A DNA stretch of 64,000 nucleotides, from contig CAZYFM010000002.1 in NCBI GenBank assembly GCA_964646885.1, positions 10,720 to 74,719 on the forward strand, read 5' to 3'. The translations under genes were made by a program, and so were the position numbers. Below, piece after piece: positions 9,207 through 19,340 of the stretch. This DNA is from an uncultured Flavobacteriaceae bacterium. Lineage in GTDB: Bacteria; Pseudomonadota; Alphaproteobacteria; Micropepsales; Micropepsaceae. The notes beneath the pieces were generated by a model. The model saw only the letters and a list, made by a program, of their open reading frames with translations. It had not been told where the DNA came from and ran no database searches. The stretch's first letter is position 1, and each line of letters begins with the position of its first letter.

Positions 9207-10607
9207 ATGACCAAGCCCATCTGGGCCCTTGATGCCACTGAAACCGCAAGCCTGATCCGTGCGGGCAAGCTGTCTGCACGGGAAGCGGTGGACGCGCATC
9301 TGGCGAGGCTCGACGCTGTCAATCCGAAACTGAACGCAGTCGTTCGCGTGCTCGCCGAAGAGGCGCGAGCCGAAGCCCTGAAGGCCGACGAAGCACAGGC
9401 GCAGGGAAAGCCGCTCGGACCTCTGCACGGTGTTCCGTTCACGACGAAAATCAATGTCGACCAGAAGGGCCAGCCAACAGACAACGGCGTGGTCCTGCTG
9501 AAGGACCTTGTTGCAAGGGAAGACAGTCCACACGTCGCGCACCTCCGGAACGCGGGCGCCATATCCATCGGGCGCACCAACTCGCCCGCCTTCGCGATGA
9601 GGGCGACAACGGACAACGCCCTCCATGGACTGACGCTCAATCCCTGGAACAGGGAAGTCACGTGCGGTGGCTCTTCAGGTGGCGCCGGCGCGAGCCTTGC
9701 CGTCGGAATCGGCGCATTTGCACAAGGCAACGATATTGGTGGTTCCATCCGCTGGCCAAGCTACTGCAACGGTGTGGCCGGCCTGCGCCCGACCATCGGC
9801 CGTGTCCCCGGTTTCAATGGAACTGCCACGGCCCCCAGGGCCTTCGCCGCGCAACTCATGTCGGTCAATGGACCGATGGCGCGATCCATACGCGACCTGC
9901 GGCTGACCCTGGCCATCATGTCCAAGGCAGATTCCCGCGATCCCGTGTGGGTCGATGTGCCGACCGAGCGACCGCGACCACCCAACGCAAGGCGGGCTGC
10001 GGTCGTGATCGAGGACTCGCTGCCACCAGGCATCAAGGCAACGATGCGGCGCGCCGCCCGCCACCTGCAGGATGCAGGCTACGATGTGGCCGAAGCAACG
10101 TTGCCGTCACTCGACCGCCTGCCTGAACTCTGGGCGTCCATCGGTCTCAGCGAGATCGCGACACTGCTGCGCCCGTTGCTGCCCGCGACGGGCGACGCAG
10201 GAATTCAGGCCTTCATCGAGAGTTTCTGGAAGTTGCGGGGCGAGACGGACATTGCCGCTTACCAGGCCGCCCTGAGGGAACGGGAGACGATCCTCCACCA
10301 GTGGCGGACGCTGTTTTCCGACAGGCCTGTCGTTCTGCTGCCGTCCTGCGCCGAACGGTCAGTACCGGTGGGCATCGACACGCAGGGAGAAGAAGCGGTC
10401 CAGCGCCTGCTCCAGGCCATCCGGTACCAGCTTTCCCTCCCCGTGCTCGGACTGCCAGGCGTCGCCGTCCCCATGCACAGCGACGACGGTCTCCCCGACG
10501 GGATCCAGGTGATTTCACCCCGCTTCCGCGAAGACATCGCCCTGGATGCAGCCGAGGCCATTGAGGCCCGTGAGCCTCCGGTCACACCGATTGATCCGAA
10601 GTGGTGA
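9207..10607 (+). CDS. amidase signature family enzyme
   Basis: GGSSGGAGASLA and GNDIGGSIRWPS Ser-cisSer-Lys signature region. Length 466 aa. Confidence 0.9.
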   Translation: MTKPIWALDATETASLIRAGKLSAREAVDAHLARLDAVNPKLNAVVRVLAEEARAEALKADEAQAQGKPLGPLHGVPFTTKINVDQKGQPTDNGVVLLKDLVAREDSPHVAHLRNAGAISIGRTNSPAFAMRATTDNALHGLTLNPWNREVTCGGSSGGAGASLAVGIGAFAQGNDIGGSIRWPSYCNGVAGLRPTIGRVPGFNGTATAPRAFAAQLMSVNGPMARSIRDLRLTLAIMSKADSRDPVWVDVPTERPRPPNARRAAVVIEDSLPPGIKATMRRAARHLQDAGYDVAEATLPSLDRLPELWASIGLSEIATLLRPLLPATGDAGIQAFIESFWKLRGETDIAAYQAALRERETILHQWRTLFSDRPVVLLPSCAERSVPVGIDTQGEEAVQRLLQAIRYQLSLPVLGLPGVAVPMHSDDGLPDGIQVISPRFREDIALDAAEAIEAREPPVTPIDPKW

Positions 10608-12698
10608 TCAGTCCATCAGCTTCTGGGACAGGTAAACGTAGTGCCTGGCCCAGCGGTCGGCATTGAGCGCCGGATCCGCGTCATTCGAGTGCCCACCAAA
10701 AGTATTCTCAAAATAGAGATACGGTGCCCCAAGCTGCGACAGGCGCGCCGCGAACTTGCGGGCATGGCCCGGATGCACGCGGTCGTCTTCCGTGTTCGTG
10801 GTGACATAGGGTTCAGGATAGGTCACCCCCGCCTTCAGCTTCTGGTACCCGGAATAGGCCGAAATGAACGCACGGTCGCCGGCAACGTCCGGATTGCCGT
10901 ACTCCGCCACCCACGAAGCACCAGCGGAGAGCTTGTGGTACCGCAGCATGTCGATCAGCGGGCTTTCGACCACCACCGCATTGAACAGGTCCGGACGCTG
11001 CGTCATCGAAACCGTCGTCAGCACGCCGCCGTTGGAACGCCCGTAGATGCCGAGGCGCCTGGGTGACGTGACCTTGCGCGCAATGAGGTCCTCGCCCACC
11101 GCTGCAAAATCATCGAAGGCCCGCTGCCGGTTCTCGCGCAGCGCCGACTGGTGCCACGCCGGACCGAACTCGCCGCCACCCCGGATGTTCGCAATCACAT
11201 AGGCGCCGCCCCGCTCAAGCCAGAGCTTTCCCATCTCCGGCAGGTACACCGGTGGCTTCGAGAGCTGGAAACCGCCATACCCAAAAAGAAGAGTAGGCGT
11301 TGAACCATCCGCCTTCACACCCTTCGGCATGACGAGGAAATACGGGATTTTTGTTCCGTCCTTCGAGGTCGCCCAATGCTGGGCGACGCTGTGGCCTGAC
11401 GCCTTGAACTTTGGAGGCAGCGAAGCGACAAGTTGCGGCTTTCCGCGCGCCACATCGACTGACCAGAGCCGTGTGGGCTCAAGAAAACTCTCCGATGTGA
11501 TGAACAGGAGCGATCCGCTCTCCTGAGCCGCCCGCACGGTCAGCGAGGAATTTTCGGGCAGCGGGAGGCGTTGCCCCGACCAGCCTTTCGCATCGCGCCT
11601 GTAGACTTCAACCGCACCCTTCACGTTGTCGAGCATCTGCACGACGACAGTCTCGCGTGTCACCTCAACCGAGTCGATCGTCTGGGATGACGCCGGCTGC
11701 ATGACGAGCTCGGCGACGAGTTCCGGGCGATCCGGCGCCTTGCGGAGGCCTGCGAGATCAATCGCCACCAGCGCACCCTGCGCGAAGTTTTTCCACTTGT
11801 CCTGCACCGTGAAGATCATTCGTCCATTGACGAAGCCACGCAGCGAAGCAAACGTCGGCAACCCGACCTTGACGGGTGCCGGACCATCAATCAGATGGAG
11901 CTCGACATCAAAGAAGCCGACGCGACGCTCGGCCAGGCGGGCGGCCACGGATCCATCTTCATTGCGCAGCACGGTTGTTGAAACCATCGTATCCTTGCGG
12001 TCTGCACGGAAGACGATGCGCGCGTCCTCGATCCGCTGCCCCCGCTTCAGCTCTCGCACCACGGCCGGATAACCAGACTCCGTCGTCTCGCTGTCATTGA
12101 GCGCGCGCGAAACGAGAATCGTATCAGCGTCGACAAACTCAACCGACTGCTTCGCCCGACCCAGCTGGAAGCCACCTTTCACGAACTGCCGGGTCCGCGC
12201 ATCAAACTCGCGCACCTCGACCGCGTCACCGCCGCCATCCGAGAGCCGGACAAGGCAAAGCCGCTCTTCCCGTGGCAGGCAGCTCGCGCCCTTGAAGAAC
12301 CAGTTCCGCTTTTCGACACGGGACAACGCATCAAAGTCGAGAACGGTCGTCCAGCGCGGCGCGCCGGTCCGGTACGAAGCGAGCGTCGTCGCCCGCCAGA
12401 CGCCGTGCGGATGCTTGGCATCCTGCCAGAGGCTGTCGACTCCGCCGGCACGAAACGTCGGCATCGCAATGCGGTCCTTGGCAGTGAATATCTTGAGCGC
12501 CTCGCGCCGATATCCTGCATAGCGCCGGTCGCCCGTCAGCCTCTTCAGGGTCTTCTCATTCTCGGCGCTGACCCAGGCCAGCGCCTTCTCGCCATGCACG
12601 TCTTCCAGCCAGATGTTCGGATCATCGCTCGCATCAGTCATGGAAACACAGGCTGTCAGGGACAGTGAAACCGCTGCAACGGCAAGGAGAAAACGCAT
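10608..12698 (-). CDS. S9 prolyl oligopeptidase family serine peptidase, probable lipoprotein
   Basis: Nucleophile elbow GRSNGG, DDRVHP and GGHS catalytic-triad context, and an N-terminal beta-propeller-length region. ATG at 12698 gives MRFLLAVAAVSLSLTAC (lipobox). An alternative ATG lies at 12731. Confidence 0.9.
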   Translation of the reverse strand: MRFLLAVAAVSLSLTACVSMTDASDDPNIWLEDVHGEKALAWVSAENEKTLKRLTGDRRYAGYRREALKIFTAKDRIAMPTFRAGGVDSLWQDAKHPHGVWRATTLASYRTGAPRWTTVLDFDALSRVEKRNWFFKGASCLPREERLCLVRLSDGGGDAVEVREFDARTRQFVKGGFQLGRAKQSVEFVDADTILVSRALNDSETTESGYPAVVRELKRGQRIEDARIVFRADRKDTMVSTTVLRNEDGSVAARLAERRVGFFDVELHLIDGPAPVKVGLPTFASLRGFVNGRMIFTVQDKWKNFAQGALVAIDLAGLRKAPDRPELVAELVMQPASSQTIDSVEVTRETVVVQMLDNVKGAVEVYRRDAKGWSGQRLPLPENSSLTVRAAQESGSLLFITSESFLEPTRLWSVDVARGKPQLVASLPPKFKASGHSVAQHWATSKDGTKIPYFLVMPKGVKADGSTPTLLFGYGGFQLSKPPVYLPEMGKLWLERGGAYVIANIRGGGEFGPAWHQSALRENRQRAFDDFAAVGEDLIARKVTSPRRLGIYGRSNGGVLTTVSMTQRPDLFNAVVVESPLIDMLRYHKLSAGASWVAEYGNPDVAGDRAFISAYSGYQKLKAGVTYPEPYVTTNTEDDRVHPGHARKFAARLSQLGAPYLYFENTFGGHSNDADPALNADRWARHYVYLSQKLMD

Positions 12699-12819
12699 CG
12701 AAGCATCCCGGATATGAACGTCGCCGCACATTAGCCCGCGAGGCGCAGCCCGTCCAATGTCTCTGGCTCACGCTGCCGTGAAGCGCTACGTTTTGCTCGA
12801 ACTCCAAGGAGAATGCCCC

Positions 12820-13599
12820 ATGTCTCAGCAACCCGGCTCCGTCCAGTCCCTCGTCGACGATCTCAACGCACTGCTGAGGCTGAAGACGACCGTCACCGCC
12901 ATGAAGCTCTTCGAGCGCGTGGAAGACATGGAGGCCGTCCCCAAGATCAGGCGCCCCAAGGCAATCCACACGACGGACCAGATCGTCTCCATGGCCTCGC
13001 GACTCGGCTGGACCGTGGGCATCACGGCAGAAGACCTGGCGGGAGCGCAATGCGGCGCCGTCATTGGCCTCGCGCCCCAGGACGAGAACTGGCTGTCAGG
13101 CAAGCCCTATGTCGGCGTGTGGCACGAAGGAGCCGCAGACGCACGCGCCCGGCAGGAAGCGCTCTCGGTTGTTCCGTTCGGCCGATACAAGGCGATGGCC
13201 GTGTCCCCGCTGGCCTCAGGTCGCCTCGATCCGCCTGACATCTGCCTCGTCTACGCGACGCCAGGGCAGATGATCATCCTGATCAATGGCCTCCAGTACA
13301 GGAACTACAAGCGTTTCGACTGGAGCGTGGTGGGCGAGACTGCGTGCGCCGACTCGTGGGGCCGCGCGCTCAAGACAGGCGAGCCAAGCCTCTCCCTGCC
13401 CTGCTTCGCGGAGCGCCGCTATGGCGGCGTGCCAGACGAAGAGATGCTGATGGCACTCTCGCCGGCCCACCTGCGCATTGCTGTCGAAGGCATGAAAGCA
13501 CTTGCGAAGAATGGCCTGCGCTATCCGATCCCGCCCTACGGCATCCAGAATGACGTACGCGCAGGCCTCGGCGTCAGCTACAGCGACAAGCCGGCCTAG
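12820..13599 (+). CDS. DUF169-like protein
   Basis: ATG at 12820 is preceded by AAGGAGAA. The family call is by overall resemblance only, for example GETACADSWGRA and LSLPCFAERRYGG. Confidence 0.6.
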   Translation: MSQQPGSVQSLVDDLNALLRLKTTVTAMKLFERVEDMEAVPKIRRPKAIHTTDQIVSMASRLGWTVGITAEDLAGAQCGAVIGLAPQDENWLSGKPYVGVWHEGAADARARQEALSVVPFGRYKAMAVSPLASGRLDPPDICLVYATPGQMIILINGLQYRNYKRFDWSVVGETACADSWGRALKTGEPSLSLPCFAERRYGGVPDEEMLMALSPAHLRIAVEGMKALAKNGLRYPIPPYGIQNDVRAGLGVSYSDKPA

Positions 13600-16500
13600 A
13601 ACGCCAGCCTGAAGCCGCCCCTACCCTCATAGCCCTCAACCTCGGTGTCGAGACCGTGGGTAATGCGCCCCTGTGCGAACAGCGACAGGCTATCCGCCAC
13701 GCGCGCGTCAAATCCGATGTCGGCATCCAGGATCATGGACCCGATATCCGACGTGGCCGTGGCGCCGCCAAGCGTCACGGAATTGCCGCCATCAAGATCA
13801 TCTGACAGCGCCAGGGCAATGTAGGGCCTGACTGTGTCACCGAAGATCGCCGCATCCAGGCGCGCCGCCGCAGCCGCGCTCCAGTTCGACACCGTCTCCT
13901 CCGATCCTGCGATGAGGCAATCCCCGCCACATTCGGTACCGTTGTAGTCCAGCCGGCCACTCAGCGTAAGCGAGGTCGACTGGCTGAACGGCACCGTGTA
14001 CCCGGCAACGAGATGGCCAAGCTGGCCCTTTACGTCCGCGATGTAGAAGCCACCGCCGGCCTTTGTGACATCCCACTCTGTCTTCGCGTATCCCAGGGCT
14101 GCGACGGCAAAGAAGTTGCCCTTCACGTAGCCAGCATGAGCCTGGTAGCGACCGCCGTCACCGATGAGCTGCGCCGTGCCTTGGGCGAGCGATACATCCG
14201 CGTCGGTCTTGCCGTAGCTGCCCGAGAAGCCCGCGAAGAAGTTCTGCCCGATCGCAACGTCGCCACCGGCGCTGAAGCAGTCATACTCTGCATCCAGCGC
14301 CGACCCCGTATCTGCACCGGTCGAAAGGCTGCCATGCCGCACATCGGCATACACGCGGTAGTTTTTCCCGCCAAAGTCTGGATGCGTATTGTCAGCACGG
14401 CCGCAGAGCGCGGCTGTAGACCTGCCCACCGAAAGGATCGCCGTGTTCAGCGCCACTTCCTGGAGCGCCGCCGCGCGAAGGAAGAACCCGTCCGTCGTTC
14501 CATTGTAGTCCTGCTCGTAGTGCAGGAGGTACTCAAAGCCACCGGAGATCACCGGACCAGCGAGGCTGAAGGCGTTGGAAGCCACATTGCCGCCCACCCG
14601 CACAAGCTCGAAACCCAAACCCGTCGTCTCCGTCGGCGAACCCGACGGCGCGACAGGGAGAATGGAGATCGACGTGGTTCCCGTCACGTTGCCCCCGACC
14701 TGCAGATAGTCATGCGTCGTGCCGTTGACGGGCGCGCCGCCATTGTTCAATTGCACTTCAGCGACGAGCAGTCCGCCGCCAGCGTAATTGCCACCGACAA
14801 TCGTTGACCCGGGCGAATTTCCGGACTTCAGCGATCCCAGGTTGGTGAGATCTCCACCGATCGTGTTCGTTCCCGAGAGCGTACCCGCAGCGTTGATGAG
14901 GACGCTGCCTGCAATCGCGCCATTCACGTTGAGCTCGCCCGCGTTCACGGTCGTAAGGCCGGAATATCCCAGGCTGGCCGTCGAGAACTTGCCCGATCCT
15001 TCCTTCGTCATGCCACCGGTACCCGTGATGGTGCCGCTGAACGAGCTGTTCGAGGCATCGCCGGTCGTGAGCGTATTTGCCCCAAGGGTCACGCCTCCCG
15101 CACCAGACAGGCTTCCGATGCGCTCGGAATTGGCCAGGTTGAATGTGGCGCCCGCGGCGACATTCACCGCACCACCATCTCCAATCGCCGCCCCATTCGC
15201 GGCCGTGAGCGTGCCAGCGCTGATCGTCGTGGTACCAGTGCTCGTATTCGAACCGCTGAGCGTGAACACGCCCGATCCCTGCTTCGTCAGGCTTCCTGCG
15301 CCGAAGACGGCACCCGCGAATGAACTATTGGCCGCTGTGCCGAGTGTCAGTGTTCCCGAGGCCAGGTTCAGTGAACTTCCCGCAGCGCCGGAAAGTGTTC
15401 CGATCGTCTCGGAGCCAGCAACTTCAAACGTGGCGCCTGAGGCAACCGACACCAGACCGGTATCAGCAATCGCTGCACCTCCGGAAACGGCAAGCACGCC
15501 ACCAGCAACCGAAGTATTGCCTGTGTACGTGTTGGGTCCCGCGAGCACCTGTCGACCTGCACCAGACTTCGTCACTCCGCCTGACCCGGAAATTGAGCCC
15601 GAGAAGGTGGATGAACCCGCCGTGCCGTTGATGGTCAGCGAATTCGCTCCCATCGCAATGCTTCCACCTGCCGCACCCGTAAGCGCACCAATGGTCTCCG
15701 ACGACAGAAGCGACAGGGTTGCGCCTGTCGCAACATGAACGGACGACACATCAGCCAGCGCTGCGCCTCCCGACACCTCAAGCGTACCAGCCGAAACTGT
15801 CGTAGCTCCGGAGTATGTGTTCGAACCTGAGAGGGTGAAGATCCCCGAGCCCTGCTTGGTCAGGCCGCCACTTCCGCTGATCACGCCCGCAAATGTCGTG
15901 TTGCTGGCGTCGCCTGTCGTCAGGGTGCCCGAAACGAGATCGACAGACGAACCTGCCACACCCGAAAGGCTTCCGATGGTCTCGGAACTGAAAACCTGGA
16001 GCGTCGCACCGCTTGCAACGGCCACCGCGCCACTGTCTGCAATCGCACTGCCGTTCTGCAGGCCAAGCGTACCACCATTGACGTTGGTCGCACCGCTGTA
16101 GGTGTTGGTGCCGGACAACAGCATGCTGCCGGACCCCTGCTTGGTAAGGCCACCTGTCCCCGTCATCGAGCCCGCGAAGATCGTGCTGCTAGCGTCGCCG
16201 GTCGTGAGATCGAAGCTGCCGAGGTCCACGGTGGACAGCGCCATGCCGGACAGCGAGCCAATCGTTTCCGAGGCAAGCAGGCGAAGCGTTGCCCCGCCAC
16301 CCACGGTAACGCCTCCGGCATCCCCGATGGCGCTTCCCCCTGCCAGTTCCAGGACGCCACCATTTACCGAAGTCAGCCCCGTGTAGGTGTTCGCACCACT
16401 CAGGCGCTGCGTTCCCGCTCCCGATTTTGTTACCCCACCGGTTCCGCTGATCACGCCTGCAAAATCCGCCGAACCAGCAGCGAGATTGATCGTAAGCGTG

Positions 16501-19226
16501 TTACCGCCGAGCGTTACCTGAGAACCGCCAACACCGGTCAGACCACCAATTGTCTCAGAACCAAGCAACCCCAGAATGCCGGCTGCCTGAATGGACACGG
16601 CACCAGTGTCTGACAGCGCGCTGCCACCACTTACATGCAGCGTCCCCGAATTGATGAACGTGCCGCCGGAGAACGTATTTGTGCCAGTCAGCGCCAGGGA
16701 ACCGGAACCTGTCTTCACCAGGCTCCCGGTACCGACGATCGATCCGGCGAAAGTCCTGTTGCTCGCATCACCTGCCGTGAGTGTGTTTGCATTCAGGTTC
16801 ACCGTTGCACCGGCCAATCCACCGAGGTTGCCGATCGTTTCGCTGTTGATCAGGCTGAGCGTGCCAGTCGCCCCGACACTGACAAGTCCCGAATCTGCAA
16901 TGGCCGAACCGCCGGCAAGCTCCAGCGTGCCCCCATTGATGGTGGTATCACCCGTGTAGGTATTTGTGCCGCTGAAACGCTGCACGCCGGTTCCGGACTT
17001 CGTGACTCCGCCAGTCCCGGCAATGCTTCCGGCAAAATTGGCAGCGGATCCCGTCGCATTGATACCCAGAAAATTCGCTCCAAGCGTGACAGAGGAACCC
17101 GCAACACCAAGCAGTCGCCCGATGGTTTCGTCTGCACCCAGTTCCAGGATTCCAGTGCTCGAGATGGACACCGCGCTCGTGTTCGCGATCGCAGCGCCAC
17201 CCGAAACAAACAACTTGCCATCGGAGATCGTGGTCAGGCCCGTGTAGGTATTGGTGCCGGAAAGCGTCAGCGTGCCCGTTCCAACCTTGGTCAACCCGCC
17301 AGACCCTGACATCGCGCCTGCGAATGTGGTGTTCGTCGCATCACCAGTGGTCAGCGTGCTCACACCAAGCGTCACGGCCGAAGCTGCGCCACCCGTGAGC
17401 GATCCAATCCGTTCAGAGCCCTGGAGATTCAGCACGGCGTCATTGTTCAGCGTGACTGCCGTGACATCCGAGAGGGCCTGCCCACCGGAAAGCGTCAGCT
17501 TTCCGTCATTGACCGTCGTCGTGCCGGTGAACGTGTTCTGACCGGAAAGCGTGAGTTCGCCAGAACCTTCCTTCACCAGGTTTCCGGTGCCAATCATGTT
17601 GCCGCCAAAGGCGGAGCCCTGCGGATTGTCCGTCGGCAGCGCAGGATTGATCGCACCATTGGTCGTGAGCGTGAACCCCTGCAGATCGACGGTGGAAGCC
17701 AGCAGGCTCGGAAATGGATCGAGGCTCACCGGACCGGAACATCCCGGCATTGCGGGGTTCGCCGCGCATTGGGCCGGCGTCGGCGTCACGACAAGCGGCG
17801 GTGCCCCTGTCAGAGCACCCATGCCCGACAATGCACCGATTGTTTCACTCGCCGCGAGACGCAGTGTGGCGCCGTTGCCAACGCTGACAAATCCCAGATC
17901 TGAAATTGCCGCGCCGCCTGCCAGGATCAGCGTGCCTTCCTGCACGTAGGTTTCACCCACATACGTATTGGTGCCCGAGAACGTGAGCGAACCCGTTCCC
18001 GTCTTCACGAACCCGCCCGCCATCGGGATATTGACTGGCACTGTTGTCGGATCGGCATCAAACGGATCAGGATCCAGGTTGACAACGATTGAACCGGAAA
18101 TGCCGGAAATGTTGCCGGCAAAAGTGGTGTCGGTCGCGTCACCAGCAACCAGCGTATAGAGACCCAGATTGATGAATGACCCGGCGTTGCCGGACAGGGC
18201 ACCGACCCGCTCCGTGTCGAACAATTCAAGCGTGGCTCCGGCGTCAACCTGCAAGTCGCTGTCGTCAGCAATCGCAGACTCACCTTCGACACGCAGTGTG
18301 CCTCCGGCGATCGTCGTCGCACCTGTGTAGGTATTGACGCCCGTAAGCGTGAAGAGGCCGCTACCCGTCTTTGTCAGACCGCCTGTGCCGGATATGACGC
18401 CATCAAACGTCGACCCGGCATTGTTGGCACCCGTGGTCAAGGTATTGGCGCCAAGAGTGACCTGCGATCCAGCCGCGCCCGTCAGTGACCCGATGGTTTC
18501 GGAGTTGTTGAGTTGCAGCGTTCCGGATGCCCCCAGGAACACGGAAGAAGAGTCAGACAGCGCGCTTCCGCCGCTCAGGGCCAGGATGCCGCCCCCAACC
18601 CCTGTGGACCCCGTGTACGTGTTTGCACCCGTCAGTGTAAACGTACCCGCACCCTGTTTCTCCAGGCCGCCTGTGCCCGAAATAGTGCCGCCGAATGAAG
18701 TGCTCTCGCCATTTCCACCCGTAAACAGCGTCGCACCCGTGAGAGCCACGAACGAACCAGCGACCCCGCTGAGACTGCCAACCGTCTCGGTTGATGTCAC
18801 GTTGAGCGTCGCACCCGTGCCGACGGTAATGCTGGAAGTGTCAAAGAGCGCTGCACCGCCGGAAATGGTCAGCGTGCCCGCAAGGATGTTCCAGTCTGTA
18901 TCCGTGCCGGCAGCTCCCGTCATGGTGACGTTGCTGGTGCCGACCTTCTGGAAGACTTCCCAGTTCGTATAGGTGGTTCCAATCTTGCCCGCGTCAAAGC
19001 CGAACGCGACGCTGCCGCCTAGCTGGAACGTGTCGGCCGTGGTCTGTCCACCACCATTGACCGCAACGGTCTGATCAACCGTGCTGTCCACGAGGCAGAC
19101 ATCATCGCCGGCCGTCCCCGCAGGGCAAGCCGCTTCGGCGACACCGATCGTCAATGACACACCGATTGCCGTCGAACCCAGAAGCAGAGCCTTCAGGACC
19201 GCAGTCCTCGCCTTACGCTGCAACAT
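13596..19226 (-). CDS. classical (type Va) autotransporter adhesin, 1876 aa
   Basis: Signal peptide MLQRKARTAVLKALLLGSTAIGVSLTIGVAEA. Many autotransporter-associated beta-strand repeats (GTLTLSGTNTYTGxTTVxGGTL...SETIGSLSG). C-terminal autochaperone-like region and a beta-barrel translocator ending GGFRLAF. Confidence 0.9.
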   Translation of the reverse strand: MLQRKARTAVLKALLLGSTAIGVSLTIGVAEAACPAGTAGDDVCLVDSTVDQTVAVNGGGQTTADTFQLGGSVAFGFDAGKIGTTYTNWEVFQKVGTSNVTMTGAAGTDTDWNILAGTLTISGGAALFDTSSITVGTGATLNVTSTETVGSLSGVAGSFVALTGATLFTGGNGESTSFGGTISGTGGLEKQGAGTFTLTGANTYTGSTGVGGGILALSGGSALSDSSSVFLGASGTLQLNNSETIGSLTGAAGSQVTLGANTLTTGANNAGSTFDGVISGTGGLTKTGSGLFTLTGVNTYTGATTIAGGTLRVEGESAIADDSDLQVDAGATLELFDTERVGALSGNAGSFINLGLYTLVAGDATDTTFAGNISGISGSIVVNLDPDPFDADPTTVPVNIPMAGGFVKTGTGSLTFSGTNTYVGETYVQEGTLILAGGAAISDLGFVSVGNGATLRLAASETIGALSGMGALTGAPPLVVTPTPAQCAANPAMPGCSGPVSLDPFPSLLASTVDLQGFTLTTNGAINPALPTDNPQGSAFGGNMIGTGNLVKEGSGELTLSGQNTFTGTTTVNDGKLTLSGGQALSDVTAVTLNNDAVLNLQGSERIGSLTGGAASAVTLGVSTLTTGDATNTTFAGAMSGSGGLTKVGTGTLTLSGTNTYTGLTTISDGKLFVSGGAAIANTSAVSISSTGILELGADETIGRLLGVAGSSVTLGANFLGINATGSAANFAGSIAGTGGVTKSGTGVQRFSGTNTYTGDTTINGGTLELAGGSAIADSGLVSVGATGTLSLINSETIGNLGGLAGATVNLNANTLTAGDASNRTFAGSIVGTGSLVKTGSGSLALTGTNTFSGGTFINSGTLHVSGGSALSDTGAVSIQAAGILGLLGSETIGGLTGVGGSQVTLGGNTLTINLAAGSADFAGVISGTGGVTKSGAGTQRLSGANTYTGLTSVNGGVLELAGGSAIGDAGGVTVGGGATLRLLASETIGSLSGMALSTVDLGSFDLTTGDASSTIFAGSMTGTGGLTKQGSGSMLLSGTNTYSGATNVNGGTLGLQNGSAIADSGAVAVASGATLQVFSSETIGSLSGVAGSSVDLVSGTLTTGDASNTTFAGVISGSGGLTKQGSGIFTLSGSNTYSGATTVSAGTLEVSGGAALADVSSVHVATGATLSLLSSETIGALTGAAGGSIAMGANSLTINGTAGSSTFSGSISGSGGVTKSGAGRQVLAGPNTYTGNTSVAGGVLAVSGGAAIADTGLVSVASGATFEVAGSETIGTLSGAAGSSLNLASGTLTLGTAANSSFAGAVFGAGSLTKQGSGVFTLSGSNTSTGTTTISAGTLTAANGAAIGDGGAVNVAAGATFNLANSERIGSLSGAGGVTLGANTLTTGDASNSSFSGTITGTGGMTKEGSGKFSTASLGYSGLTTVNAGELNVNGAIAGSVLINAAGTLSGTNTIGGDLTNLGSLKSGNSPGSTIVGGNYAGGGLLVAEVQLNNGGAPVNGTTHDYLQVGGNVTGTTSISILPVAPSGSPTETTGLGFELVRVGGNVASNAFSLAGPVISGGFEYLLHYEQDYNGTTDGFFLRAAALQEVALNTAILSVGRSTAALCGRADNTHPDFGGKNYRVYADVRHGSLSTGADTGSALDAEYDCFSAGGDVAIGQNFFAGFSGSYGKTDADVSLAQGTAQLIGDGGRYQAHAGYVKGNFFAVAALGYAKTEWDVTKAGGGFYIADVKGQLGHLVAGYTVPFSQSTSLTLSGRLDYNGTECGGDCLIAGSEETVSNWSAAAAARLDAAIFGDTVRPYIALALSDDLDGGNSVTLGGATATSDIGSMILDADIGFDARVADSLSLFAQGRITHGLDTEVEGYEGRGGFRLAF
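15000..18870 (-). repeat. tandem intragenic repeat array, period about 285-290 nt (about 95 aa), about 13 units
   Basis: The recurrent block GTGTAGGT(G/A)TT(G/C)GTGCC and variants occur near 15523, 15813, 16100, 16381, 16668, 16955, 17240, 17525, 17960, 18325 and 18612. The protein level shows the repeating module ...LGANTLTTGDASNxxFAGxISGxGGLTKxGSGxxTLSGxNTYxGxTxVxxGTLxxxGG. Confidence 0.8.
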
Positions 19227-19340
19227 CGAATTTCCCCACCACTTCGATCTCGCGATACCGGTTCAGGTTCCCCCAGAACCGGCTTCGCGCTGCACCTTCC
19301 AGGCAAACGGTTACGCACCCGCCCACCCGTCGCGCTGTTC

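Noticed and set aside
15000-18870. Regular repeats of about 290 nt, considered as a possible CRISPR-like or satellite array.
   Set aside because: The repeats are in-frame protein modules of one continuous 1876-aa ORF. The units are diverged, and there is no short-repeat/unique-spacer architecture.
14788-18972. Series of Pro/Val/Ser-rich plus-strand ORFs inside the autotransporter gene, for example 14788-15738 and 18334-18972.
   Set aside because: They are the antisense reading of the Gly/Thr/Ser-rich repeat codons. Their periodicity mirrors the minus-strand repeat array, and they have no start or SD context.
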